64,000 nt of DNA from Elusimicrobiota bacterium (lineage in GTDB: Bacteria > Elusimicrobiota > Elusimicrobia > UBA1565 > UBA9628), in contig JACRDQ010000020.1 in the NCBI GenBank assembly GCA_016218545.1, positions 34,455 through 98,454 of the forward strand, written 5' to 3'. The notes below the pieces were generated by a model. It did no database searches, was not told the origin of the DNA, and was given only the letters and a program-made list of their open reading frames with translations. This document shows, one piece after another, positions 19,256 through 28,944 of the stretch (its first letter is position 1; each line of letters opens with the position of its first letter). The position numbers and the translations under genes are program-made.

Positions 19256-21361
19256 TCAGGCGCGCGCCGGGATGGTGAAGTAGAAGGTCGAGCCCTTCCC
19301 GGGCCGGGACTCGACCCAGATCCGGCCTCCCTGCGCCTCCACGGCCTGCTTGCAGATGGCCAGGCCGAGCCCGTTGCCAGGGAACTCCCCCTTGGGGTGG
19401 AGGCGATGGAAGATGCGGAAGATGCTCTCGAAGTGCCGTGGCTCGATGCCGATGCCGTTGTCCCGCACCGAGAAGACCCAGTCGTCCCCCGTCCTGCGCG
19501 CCGAGACGTGGACGATGGGGGGCCGCTCGCCGCGGAACTTGAGCGCGTTGGCGACCAGATTCTGCAGCACCTGCTGGAGACGGCAGGCGTCAGCCTGGAC
19601 CACGGGCAGCGGGTCATGGGCCACGCGGCCGCGCGATTCGTCGACCTGCGCCTTGAGCCCGGACAGGGCCTCGCTGAGGACTCGCTCGCAGTCGACGGCC
19701 GCGATGCTCCTTTCGAGCGCGCGGGCCCTCGAGAAGGACAGCAGGTCGTCGATGTGCCTCTGCATGGTGGCCGCGCCCTCCACCGTGAACCCGATGAACT
19801 CGTCCGCCTCGGCGTCGAGCCTGCCTCCATAGCGGCGCGCCAGAAGCTGGCTGAAGCTCGTGATCGTCCGCAGCGGCTCCTTGAGATGATGCGATGCGAC
19901 GTAGGCGAACTGCTCGAGTTCCGCGTTGGAGCGCGCCAGCTCCTTGAGCGTCGCGGCGCGTTCCGAGCGCGCGCGCAGGGAGGCGATGCCGAAGGCGAGG
20001 TTCTCGGAGAGCTCCCGCAGCATGGCCACCTCGCCCTCATCGAAGGCGTCGGTCCCGCCCGAGTAGATCGTCAGCGCTCCCAGGACCCTGCCCTCGGCGC
20101 ACAGGGGCAGAGCGACGGCCGAGGCATAGCCGCAGCGCGCGGCCCGCGACCGCCACGGGGCCATGCGCGGGTCGCGGACGAGGTCGCGGCAGAGGTCCAC
20201 CGCCTTCGTCCGGATCGCCGTCCCCTCCGGGCCGCGGCCGCGCTCATCATCGGCCCAGGTGATATCCGCCTCCTTCAGGAAGCCGTCGTCGCAGCCGGCG
20301 CTGGAGACGGGGCGCACGGTCTTGCGCTCGTCGTCGACGGGGTAGCCGACCCAGGCCAGGCGGTGGCCGGCGACGGAGACGATGGTGCCGCAGACGCTCT
20401 CGAGCAGGGCCGGCTCGTCGATGGCGCGCACGACCGCCTCGTTGCATCGTCCCAAGGCCTCGAGCGCCCGTGAGGACCTCTTGAGCGCGGCGGTGCGCTG
20501 CGCGACCTCTCGCCGCAGGAGCACCAGCCAGAGGCCGGCGAGGAGGACGACCGCGAGCGCGAGCCCCGCGGCGGGAAGGAGGTGCTTCTCGAGCTTGCGC
20601 CAGGGATCGTCGAAGCTCAGCCATCGGCCGTAGATGCGGTCGTACTCGCCGTTCGTATTGACGATGAGGAGACCCTCGTTGAGTCTCTCGAGCAGGTCCC
20701 TTCTCCCCTTCTTGACGCCGAAGGCGAAGACGCGCTCATACTCCCTGATAGGCGGTCCGGGCTTGAGGCCCCTGAGGCCGTGCGTCTTGATCGCCATGAC
20801 CCCGATGAGCTTGGAGCCGAGGAAAGCGTCATGCTTGCCGGCCGCGACGAGCGCCAGTCCCTCCGGGATCGTGGCCACGGGCACCAAGCGGCCCCGGAAC
20901 CCGCGCTCCAGAAGCGCGTGATGCGCGGCATCGGAGCGCATGACCACGATCTCGAGGTTCTCGGCTTCCTGGAGGCTGTGGATGGGGGGACGTCCCTTGG
21001 CCACGAAGAAGGCATCGAAGGTCCTGGTATGAGGGACGCTGAATTCCACCAGACTCCGGCGCTCCGGCAGGATGGCGACGATGGGCAGGACGTCGAGCCT
21101 TCCCGCCACGAGCGCGTCCCATTGAGCGTCCCAGGTCCCGGTCGACGACTCGATGTCGAGCCCCATGGTCTCGGCCACCGCCTCGATGAGGTCGATGGAG
21201 TAGCCGACCAGCTTCCCGTCCCGCATGAACGCATAGGGAGGGAACTCGACTTCGCTTCCGACGCGCACCGCCGGCCTGCCGGCAGCGTCAGCCGGCACGC
21301 ATGGCACGACCGAGGCCATCAAGAGCGCCGCCCCCAGGAAGACCGCCCCCCGCCGGACCAT
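19256..21361 (-). CDS. Sensor histidine kinase (periplasmic binding protein domain - TM - GAF - HisKA - HATPase)
   Basis: PPY..G..IDL PBPb-like N-terminus, TM helix, GAF (ALPL..GALTIY), FAYVASHHLKEPL, NLVANALKF, DNGIGI and GLGLAICK. Confidence 0.92.
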   Translation of the reverse strand: MVRRGAVFLGAALLMASVVPCVPADAAGRPAVRVGSEVEFPPYAFMRDGKLVGYSIDLIEAVAETMGLDIESSTGTWDAQWDALVAGRLDVLPIVAILPERRSLVEFSVPHTRTFDAFFVAKGRPPIHSLQEAENLEIVVMRSDAAHHALLERGFRGRLVPVATIPEGLALVAAGKHDAFLGSKLIGVMAIKTHGLRGLKPGPPIREYERVFAFGVKKGRRDLLERLNEGLLIVNTNGEYDRIYGRWLSFDDPWRKLEKHLLPAAGLALAVVLLAGLWLVLLRREVAQRTAALKRSSRALEALGRCNEAVVRAIDEPALLESVCGTIVSVAGHRLAWVGYPVDDERKTVRPVSSAGCDDGFLKEADITWADDERGRGPEGTAIRTKAVDLCRDLVRDPRMAPWRSRAARCGYASAVALPLCAEGRVLGALTIYSGGTDAFDEGEVAMLRELSENLAFGIASLRARSERAATLKELARSNAELEQFAYVASHHLKEPLRTITSFSQLLARRYGGRLDAEADEFIGFTVEGAATMQRHIDDLLSFSRARALERSIAAVDCERVLSEALSGLKAQVDESRGRVAHDPLPVVQADACRLQQVLQNLVANALKFRGERPPIVHVSARRTGDDWVFSVRDNGIGIEPRHFESIFRIFHRLHPKGEFPGNGLGLAICKQAVEAQGGRIWVESRPGKGSTFYFTIPARA

Positions 21362-21445
21362 AGCCTATGATATCATGAGCCGACGGCCCTCAGGGGGCCG
21401 GCGGATAACGCTCCGCCTCCTTTTTTATACCATAGCCACTCGACC

Positions 21446-23767
21446 ATGCCCTCGGACCTCAAGAAGCGCTGGCTGGGAAGCCTGACCCTCGACCGGAGGC
21501 TCGCCGAGGCCGAGCCCGGCTGGGCGCCCCAGGAGAACTTCTTCTACCTCCTCGAGTCCGAGGCCTTGAGCGCCCGGCGGATCGCCGCCTCCTGGCGCCA
21601 GGCCCTAGGGCGGCCGCGCCAGCCCGAGACCTTGAGCCTCTACGTCCATATCCCGTTCTGCGTGCGCAAATGCCGCTATTGCGTCTACTACTCCAAGGGC
21701 GCGGCCTCAACCGCCGAGGTCAAGGCCTATCTCAGGCGCTTCCACGCCGAGATCGACCACTACGCCCCGGTGTTCCGCGGCAGGACCTTCGACGCCTGGT
21801 CCATCGGCGGAGGGACCCCGACCCTGTTGGCGCCCCGCGACCTCTCCAAGGTCCTGACCCGGCTCAAGGCCGCCTTCGTGCCCACGCAGGGTGCGAGCCT
21901 CGAGTTCGAGACCAGCCCCTACACGGCCACGGAGGAGAAGATCGGGGTCTTCAAGGAGCACGGCTTCACCCGCGTCAGCTTCGGAGTGCAGACCTTCGCT
22001 CCGGAGACGCTCCGGGCAGTGCGGCGCGGCTACCAGAAACCGGGACACGTGGAGCGCTGCGTGCGTCTCCTCCAGGCCTCGGGACTGCGCATCAACATGG
22101 ACCTGCTCTACGACCTGCCCGGGTGCGGGCCGGAGCAGACCCTCCAGGACCTCAGGACCGCCATGGCCCTGGGCCCGCACAGCGTCATGATCTACCCGCT
22201 CTCCTCCTCCACCCCCGAGCTCCCCAGCCTCCCGGGCAAGGAAGCGGTTCCCCCGTTCGCCAGGTTCGCCGCTCTCGTGGCCGAGGAAGCCCGCAAAGCC
22301 GGGTACAAGGCCTCCTCGGACTGGTTCAGCATCAGGGTGGACGCCGAAGGCCTCCGGGGCCTTCCCCCTGCCGCGGCCTCAGGCCTGGCTTACGACGACG
22401 TGAGTCCCAGGCCGAGCCACCTCCTGGGCCTTGGTCCGAGCAGCCGCTGCCACATCAGCGGCAGCATGGCCTATTCCCACGACCCCTATCCTCTGGCCGC
22501 GCCCTTCGACCCCTCGGCCCCCATCGCTCGCGGCTGGCGCCTGACCCCTGACCAGGAGATGAGGCTCTACGCGGTCAGGACCCTGTCCCGGACCGGAGAG
22601 CTCAAGACCGCCGGGCTCGAGACTCATTTCGGCCGCGGGTTCATGAAGGGCGTGGGCCGGGAACTCGAGTCCCTGGCCCGGCTCGGAGGCCTGGAACGAC
22701 GCTCGAAGGGTCTCTACCTACGGAAGGAAGGCCGGGACACGCGCTTTGCGCCGGAGCTCTTCCTCCTCGGCGAGGACATCCGCAAGGCCCTGCACGCGGG
22801 TCTCGACCGCAGGAAAGCGCTCAGCCGCGGCCCCGGACTGCCGGACGCAGCCCCCATCCTCAGCCAAGGCATCCGAGCCCTCGCCGCAGGCAGGCGCAGG
22901 GACGCGCTCCGGCTCTTCCGCAAGGCAGCGCGGCTCGACAGCAGCAGGTCCCCGGACCTGGCACGGCTGGCCGCCGGGCTCTCGGAGACCTGGGACCCCG
23001 CGAAAGCCCTCAAGGCTTTTCCCGGCCTGGATGCCAGGCCCCTGACCCGGGCGCTCGACCGCGTCAGGAAGCTCAGAGCCCAAGGCATGGCCGCGCTCGT
23101 CAAAGGAGACCGCGCCAAGGCCCTGCGGCTCTTCCGCCAGGCAGCGGCCTTTGACCGGAAAGGCGCTTGCGACCTTGCCAAGGCAGCCGGCTCATCCCAG
23201 GACCTCTGGGGATTCCTGGCCAGCGTGCCCTGTTCGGCGTCAGGCTCCAGGCTCGACCTCGGACCCGTGAAAGCCGCTCTGGCCAGGTCCGTGCTCTACT
23301 CCAGAAAAGGGCTCTCCTGCCTACTGACCGGCGACCGCAAGGCTGCCAGGAGCCTGTTCGCCAAGGCAGCCGGCATGGACCCGGGCGGCATCGCCAAGAG
23401 GCTCCTCGAGGCCTCTTCCTCGGACTCCAGCCTGGCAGGGCTCTGGGACGCGCTCAAGACCCACCCCCGGGCCAGGCTCCTGGACCTCCAAGAGCTCCGG
23501 CAGGCCCTCTCCTCGGTCAAGCGCTGGAACGACGAAGGCATCCGGGCCTTCAACACGGGATGCCGGAAAGAGGCCCGGGACTTCTTTGCCAAGTCCCTGG
23601 CCATCGACCCCCGCGACCCCTCTGCGCTCATGAGCCTCGGAGCCCTGGCAGCCGCCGAGGGCCGGCGCAGCGAAGCCCTGGCCTACTATGACCGGATCGC
23701 GGTCCGCGACCTGAAAGGGAGACTGGCCGACGACGTGGCGCGAGCCAAGGCAGCCGTCACTCCCTGA
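21446..23767 (+). CDS. HemN-like radical SAM protein with C-terminal TPR-like repeats
   Basis: SLYVHIPFCVRKCRYC, GGGTPT, RVSFGVQTF, NMDLLYDLP and LGLGPSS, followed by four repeated G..AL..G.R..A..LF..A...D units. Confidence 0.88.
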   Translation: MPSDLKKRWLGSLTLDRRLAEAEPGWAPQENFFYLLESEALSARRIAASWRQALGRPRQPETLSLYVHIPFCVRKCRYCVYYSKGAASTAEVKAYLRRFHAEIDHYAPVFRGRTFDAWSIGGGTPTLLAPRDLSKVLTRLKAAFVPTQGASLEFETSPYTATEEKIGVFKEHGFTRVSFGVQTFAPETLRAVRRGYQKPGHVERCVRLLQASGLRINMDLLYDLPGCGPEQTLQDLRTAMALGPHSVMIYPLSSSTPELPSLPGKEAVPPFARFAALVAEEARKAGYKASSDWFSIRVDAEGLRGLPPAAASGLAYDDVSPRPSHLLGLGPSSRCHISGSMAYSHDPYPLAAPFDPSAPIARGWRLTPDQEMRLYAVRTLSRTGELKTAGLETHFGRGFMKGVGRELESLARLGGLERRSKGLYLRKEGRDTRFAPELFLLGEDIRKALHAGLDRRKALSRGPGLPDAAPILSQGIRALAAGRRRDALRLFRKAARLDSSRSPDLARLAAGLSETWDPAKALKAFPGLDARPLTRALDRVRKLRAQGMAALVKGDRAKALRLFRQAAAFDRKGACDLAKAAGSSQDLWGFLASVPCSASGSRLDLGPVKAALARSVLYSRKGLSCLLTGDRKAARSLFAKAAGMDPGGIAKRLLEASSSDSSLAGLWDALKTHPRARLLDLQELRQALSSVKRWNDEGIRAFNTGCRKEARDFFAKSLAIDPRDPSALMSLGALAAAEGRRSEALAYYDRIAVRDLKGRLADDVARAKAAVTP

Positions 23768-24506
23768 CCTTGCGGAGCAGGTCGTCGGGCAGGGTCCCCA
23801 GTCCCCGGACCAGCCTGGCCGCGTCCGCCTCCCCTTTCCTCTTGCTCGCGTGGACGCGGGGGTCCTCCCCCCAGATCCCGGCAGCGGACTTGCCTCGGTC
23901 CGTCACGAGCTCCTCCGCCTTGATCCGGTCCAGGGACACGAGCTCGGGCCTCAGGACCATCATGAGGGAGGTCTCGTACGCCGCCGCATGGTCCGACCAG
24001 GGTTCCCCGGGAAGGAACTCGTAGGTCGCGACACCGTAGGTCAGGCCTTCCACGGTCACGGCCTTGGCCGCCTTCTCCAGGGGAGCCAGTTGCTCCGGCA
24101 CGTCGTGCCCCGCCACGCCCACGATGACCTTGAAGCCCAAGGACGCCAGCCACCGGAAGACGCCGGTGAAGAGCTCCTCCACGGCCCCCTCCGGAGCCCC
24201 GTGATACGTGCCGGTCAGGCTGGCCCCTCCCCTCTGCCAATAGGTGACCGGCAGGACGACTCCGCCGTACTTCCGGGCCGCGGCTTCGCACAGGAGGTGC
24301 GCCTTGAGGCCGTCGACCCCGTAGGGAAGGTGGCGGCCGTGCCATTCCAGGGAGCCGTAGGGCACGTAGGCGACCGGCCTCTCCTTGATGGCCGCCGCAA
24401 GCTCATGCGGCAGGAGCTCCTCGTAGCGGACCTTGCGCTCTCCCCCCTCGGCTCCGGGACAGAGGACCGCCAGCCACAGTCCCAGGATCAAGCTCGTCAT
24501 GGCCAT
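23757..24506 (-). CDS. Creatininase/creatinine amidohydrolase family protein with signal-like N-terminus
   Basis: PYGSLEWHGRHLPYGVD, VAGH and DHAAAYETS. GGAGG lies just upstream of ATG 24506/24500. Confidence 0.88.
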   Translation of the reverse strand: MAMTSLILGLWLAVLCPGAEGGERKVRYEELLPHELAAAIKERPVAYVPYGSLEWHGRHLPYGVDGLKAHLLCEAAARKYGGVVLPVTYWQRGGASLTGTYHGAPEGAVEELFTGVFRWLASLGFKVIVGVAGHDVPEQLAPLEKAAKAVTVEGLTYGVATYEFLPGEPWSDHAAAYETSLMMVLRPELVSLDRIKAEELVTDRGKSAAGIWGEDPRVHASKRKGEADAARLVRGLGTLPDDLLRKVRE

Positions 24507-24612
24507 GCCTCCCAGCGGCTCGGGCGCCGCGGCCTTATGATACCAAAGGAGGCCCCGATGCGAAGGGCGCCCAGGCATGACCTGGGCGCCCGTGGACCGC
24601 TGGCAGGAGCGT

Positions 24613-27600
24613 CTACCGGATCACTCTGACGCTCTGAGCGGCCGCGCTGGAGAACTCGTCGAGCCGGGCCGCGGCCTTGCGCAGGATCTCGCTGTAGGCC
24701 ACGCCCGTCAGGAGCTCGATGCCCTCGCTGACGTGCTTGACCGAGTAGATCTTGAATTTGCCCTCGGCCACGGCCTTCACCACGGCCTCGTCGAGCTGCA
24801 GGTCCTTGACGTTCGTCGCGGGCACGAGCACGGCGTTGAGGCCGTCGCGGTAGGCCTTGTTGACCATGCCGCTGGCCACGGCGTAGAAGCCCTCGATCTT
24901 GTGGTTGGCCCCGCCGATGGCCTGCACGTTGCCGAACTGGTCGGCCGAGCCGGTCACCGCGAAGCGCTGCTGGATCGGCACGCCCGAGAGGCTCGACAGG
25001 ATCGCGTAGATCTCGGTCGAGGTCGCGGAGTCGCCGTCGATGCCGCCGTAGTTCTGCTCGAAGGAGAGCCGCAGGTGCGCGGACACGGGCTTCTTCTGGC
25101 CGAAGGTGTGCTCGAGGTACCCCTGGATGACGCCCAGCGCCTTGTTGAAGCTCGGACCCGTCTGACCCGCGTCCCGGTCCACGGAGACGATGCCGGGCTG
25201 GCCGGGGGAGCTGACCACCGTGATCCTGGCCGGCACGCCGAAGTCGCCCATGACGGCCAGGCCGTTGATCTGGCCCACGGCCGAGCCCTGGACGTCGACC
25301 CGGAACACGCCCTTCTTGTAGATCTCCTGGATCCGCTCCCGGGAGCCGCCCTGACGGTCGAGCCGGGTGGCCAGCGCGGTCCGGACGTCCTCGCGCGTGA
25401 CGACCTCGTGGCCGGCTTCCTTGGCCCAGAAGGAGGCCTCCCGCATGATGCCGAGCAGGGCCCCGAACTGGGCGGAGAGCCGCTCATTGGAGTCCGCCAG
25501 CCGCGCGGAGTATTCCATGACCGCGCTGATGGCGTCCTTGGTCATGTCGAGCACCTGGCCCGCGCTCATGACGACCATCCTCTTGATGAAGCCGAGCACG
25601 CCCGCCACGGTGTCCTTGGTGATGGCGAGCGCCGACTGGAACTCCACCTTCGAGTTGAAGTTGGTGCTGAAGCTCTCGTCGTTGGACTCGAGCATCATCC
25701 GGATCATGGGCGAGCCGATGACCACGACCTTGACCTTGGCGGGGGTCATGTAGGCCTCGGTGACGCCGCCTTCCGCCGGATTGCCGTCCATGATCATGGC
25801 CTGGCCGCTCGAGAGCGCCCGCTGGAGCATCTGCCACGCGCCCGGAGCCCGCAGGACGTCGAGGGCATGGACCACGAGGAAGCCCCCGTTGGCCTTCTGG
25901 AAGGCGCCGGAGACCAGCGTGGGCCCTCCAGGGCTCTTCTTCTTGACCGCGCCGACGCCGGGGACGATCATGGTCCGGGTCTCGACGCCGCCGAAGAGGC
26001 CCTGGAAGCTGCCGCTCTTGGCGAAGACCACCGGCGCGCCCGAGCCGGGCTCGTTGGTGGAGATGACGTTCACCTTATAACTGTCAGCCGGGTCGGCGGT
26101 CTCCTGGGCGCCGCCGCCGAGCATGGCCATGACTCCGCCGGCCTGGGCCTTGGGCAGGAAGTCCTCGTAGCGCGCCGCGACGTGCCCGATGAGCCTCTCG
26201 ACGTAGTTGAGGGCGCCGATGTCCTCGGGGCCGGCGGGAGCCGCGGGCTTGGAGGCCGCCTCGAGCTCCTTGTTGAGCATCTGGACGAGGATCTTCATCT
26301 TCTCGACGTAGGGCATGACCGTCTTCTTGAGCTCGCCCTGCGCGGCCTTGACCTCGTCCATGGAGATGCCCTTGGCCTCGAGGAGCTCCGGGGTGACCGG
26401 CTGGCCGTCGAGGGTGAGTCCGATCCCGATCTTCATGCTGCCGTCGCCCGCGGGGACGAGCTGCAGCATCACGCCGAACGGGCCGACCTTGACGGTGGCG
26501 ATCTCCTCCTGGAGCTTCGCCTGGGCAGCCTCGAACCGGGCCTTGATCTCAGCCACGGCCTTCTGGTCGATCATCCCTCCGCCCACGACGGCCTGGCGGA
26601 CGGGCTCGCCGAGCTGGTCCGCGACCTGGGCCGCGGCCTTCCCGAGCAGCCGCGCGAGCACGGCCTGCGCCTGCTCCGCGTCGGAGTTGTTCTCCGTCAT
26701 CATCTGCTGGAACTTCTCGACGAACGGGGCGGCCGCCTCCTCGAGCTGGGACTGGACCTCGTCCCACTCCGCCTGGGTGACCTGGCCGGAGGCGATCTTC
26801 TCCTGCATCGACTCCTCGCTCATGGGCTTGCCGTCGAGCGTCGGCGCCACCATGAGGGAGACTCCCTGCTCCGTCTCTTTGAGGCCCATGTAGACGCCGA
26901 ACTTGCCGAGCTTGACCTTGGAGACCTCGGCGTCGAGGGCGGCCTTGCGCTCCGCGACGGCCGCCTTGAGCTTGGCCTCGATCATCTTCTTGGCCTGGGC
27001 AAGCTGGTCGGACTGCGCGAGGCCCGGGAGGACTTCCTTGAACTGCTCGATGAACGAGGCGACCGCGGCCTTGAAGCCGGGGGCCGCCCCGGCCGTGAGC
27101 TTGAGCAGCGCGGGCGCGTCCGGGTTCTGGAGGTTGGTGACGGCCACCAGGTCCCGGGGGGTGGGCATGGTGGGGGCGAGCTTCTCGAGCGCGGACCGGA
27201 CGGCGGTCTCGCGGCCCGAGCCCTCGAGGCCCGAGACGTAGACGTTGTACTTGTCGCCAGGAATCCTCAGGCCGAAGGAGAGGGCCTTGAGCGCCCGATC
27301 CTGGCCCACGATGGCCGCTTCGCCGGCCTTCATGTCCTTGGTGCTCTCGGGCAGCGCTTCTGCGTCAGGGGCCCACCGGAGCTGATCGACCGGGACCTCG
27401 AACTTGGAGGGATCCTGGGGCTGGGCCTTGACCCGGCCCATCTCGGCCTTCTCCGCGAAGCTCTTGCGAAGGGAGTTGGGAAAGAGCCGGACCTTCGAGA
27501 GGGTGCTCCAGATGCCGCCGGACTCGGCTGCGACCGGGACGGACTGGCCCTGGGAGGAGGAGTTCTCGTAGGCCTTGTCGAGGCCGGCTCCGACGTCGCC

Positions 27601-28074
27601 CTTGGGAGCGGCGAGGGCCTTGGCGAAGACCACGAGCTCGTCCCGGGTCTTGCCGGCGGGCAGGGACTCCGCGGCCGCCATGATCTTGGCCGCGTCCGCC
27701 TGGGTGCCGCCCGTGACGTCCACGCCGGAGGCCTGGAGTCTGTTGATCACGTCCACGACAGGGTCGGCCCCCAGAGCGGGAACGACGGCCGGCAGGGCCA
27801 CGTCAGGGGCCGAGACCGAGACCGCCGCGGGGTCGACCGAAGGGGTCAAGGACGCGGACGGGGAGTTGAGGGCGCCGCCCTGCAGGGAAAGGTTGGGGAG
27901 CTCGACGTGGTAGAGGCGGGCCCCGGCCAGGGAGGCCGACCCGGTCACGGGCATGGCTGAGATGCGGGCCGCCGCGATGTTCTGAGCGCTGAGAGGCGCC
28001 CCGCACGCGAGGACCGTGGCCACCGTGATGGCGATGATTCTTGAGGCGATGCCGGCTGCCTTGTTGTTGGACAT
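24613..28074 (-). CDS. Lon-like protease (AAA_32/LonB-type ATPase + S16 protease domain) with N-terminal leader
   Basis: IVGQDRA, GLEGSGR, ANGGFLV, SFEQNYGGIDGDSA (Ser), AVTGS and IGGANHKIEGF (Lys). Start ATG 28074 with GGAG SD. Confidence 0.9.
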   Translation of the reverse strand: MSNNKAAGIASRIIAITVATVLACGAPLSAQNIAAARISAMPVTGSASLAGARLYHVELPNLSLQGGALNSPSASLTPSVDPAAVSVSAPDVALPAVVPALGADPVVDVINRLQASGVDVTGGTQADAAKIMAAAESLPAGKTRDELVVFAKALAAPKGDVGAGLDKAYENSSSQGQSVPVAAESGGIWSTLSKVRLFPNSLRKSFAEKAEMGRVKAQPQDPSKFEVPVDQLRWAPDAEALPESTKDMKAGEAAIVGQDRALKALSFGLRIPGDKYNVYVSGLEGSGRETAVRSALEKLAPTMPTPRDLVAVTNLQNPDAPALLKLTAGAAPGFKAAVASFIEQFKEVLPGLAQSDQLAQAKKMIEAKLKAAVAERKAALDAEVSKVKLGKFGVYMGLKETEQGVSLMVAPTLDGKPMSEESMQEKIASGQVTQAEWDEVQSQLEEAAAPFVEKFQQMMTENNSDAEQAQAVLARLLGKAAAQVADQLGEPVRQAVVGGGMIDQKAVAEIKARFEAAQAKLQEEIATVKVGPFGVMLQLVPAGDGSMKIGIGLTLDGQPVTPELLEAKGISMDEVKAAQGELKKTVMPYVEKMKILVQMLNKELEAASKPAAPAGPEDIGALNYVERLIGHVAARYEDFLPKAQAGGVMAMLGGGAQETADPADSYKVNVISTNEPGSGAPVVFAKSGSFQGLFGGVETRTMIVPGVGAVKKKSPGGPTLVSGAFQKANGGFLVVHALDVLRAPGAWQMLQRALSSGQAMIMDGNPAEGGVTEAYMTPAKVKVVVIGSPMIRMMLESNDESFSTNFNSKVEFQSALAITKDTVAGVLGFIKRMVVMSAGQVLDMTKDAISAVMEYSARLADSNERLSAQFGALLGIMREASFWAKEAGHEVVTREDVRTALATRLDRQGGSRERIQEIYKKGVFRVDVQGSAVGQINGLAVMGDFGVPARITVVSSPGQPGIVSVDRDAGQTGPSFNKALGVIQGYLEHTFGQKKPVSAHLRLSFEQNYGGIDGDSATSTEIYAILSSLSGVPIQQRFAVTGSADQFGNVQAIGGANHKIEGFYAVASGMVNKAYRDGLNAVLVPATNVKDLQLDEAVVKAVAEGKFKIYSVKHVSEGIELLTGVAYSEILRKAAARLDEFSSAAAQSVRVIR

Positions 28075-28225
28075 TTCCAACTCCCTATACATGATGATGT
28101 GCTTCCCCAATGCATACATTATAGGAGGGTCGGCCGGATTTTTGATGGGCCGAAGGGGATGCCGAGCCGCTGAAAAATGGCCTACCAGTTGAGGGCCCTA
28201 TGGCCTACCATGCGCCCAAATCCAG

Positions 28226-28270
28226 GAAATGCAACATGGCTGGTGTCAGACACCAGCCATGTTGCATTTC
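28226..28270. repeat. Perfect palindrome, REP-like family copy 1
   Basis: GAAATGCAACATGGCTGGTGTC-A-GACACCAGCCATGTTGCATTTC: 22-bp arms, 1-nt centre. Confidence 0.9.
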
Positions 28271-28279
28271 TCCGGAGGA

Positions 28280-28873
28280 CTAGTTGCTGTGGAAGATGAC
28301 GGAGGGATTCGAGGGGGAATGCTCGGCCGAGGCGTAGGCCCCCAGCTCGCCGGTCGCGGACTCCTCGGTCGGCAGGATATAGAGCCCCCGCTGGGCTCCC
28401 AGCCGCACGACCCCGTCCTGGACCACGGCCTGGAACACGATGTTGGGGATGCCCACATCCAGGGGGTCCAGGTCCACGGCCTTGGCGAACGCAGCCTCCG
28501 GGATGCGGCACTCGGCGACCACGGACACGGCTTTGCCCGGGATTTCGTTGATGTTGGCGGTCAGACCGTCGCGGCCCTTGGACCGGCAGGAGTACTCCCA
28601 GGTCTCCCCGTCGCGCATGAAGACCTGCAGGGTGAGCTTGGAGTCCTTGGTCAGACCGCGACCGCCGCTGTCGAGGCCGAACTCGAAGCGCACCCGGTAC
28701 CCGCGCCAGCCGTAGCGGTCGTGGAATTCCACGGGCCTTCCCGCGGGATAGAAACCGCCTTCGTCCTGGAGCGTGAACGGGGCTGCCTCAGCCGCTGACG
28801 CGGCCGCCACCAGCAGGACGGATAGGACCGCCTTCCCGAAAAGACCCCTGGCCAGGGAGCTCGGCGCTTCCAT
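28280..28873 (-). CDS. Hypothetical secreted protein
   Basis: Signal peptide-like N-terminus (AAASAAEA), beta-rich mature part with two Cys. TAGACT lies 6 nt upstream of the ATG. Confidence 0.65.
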   Translation of the reverse strand: MEAPSSLARGLFGKAVLSVLLVAAASAAEAAPFTLQDEGGFYPAGRPVEFHDRYGWRGYRVRFEFGLDSGGRGLTKDSKLTLQVFMRDGETWEYSCRSKGRDGLTANINEIPGKAVSVVAECRIPEAAFAKAVDLDPLDVGIPNIVFQAVVQDGVVRLGAQRGLYILPTEESATGELGAYASAEHSPSNPSVIFHSN

Positions 28874-28944
28874 ACGGATAGTCTACCCCCTCTTCGTGAA
28901 TAAGTGGTTTCAGCCGTGTTACGGAGTCGGCCCGGACCCTGGCC

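Noticed and set aside
1..24506. RiPP precursor peptide within the radical SAM region
   Set aside because: Intergenic gaps are under 90 nt and hold promoters. No credible short ORF was found, so a RiPP assignment is not supported from this window.
24565..24591. Hairpin GGGCGCCCAGG-CATGA-CCTGGGCGCCC after the Lon-like gene
   Set aside because: Plausible terminator-like stem, but with no clear U-tract. Not called as a feature.
24577..27960. 1127-aa plus-strand ORF
   Set aside because: Mirror frame of the Lon-like gene.
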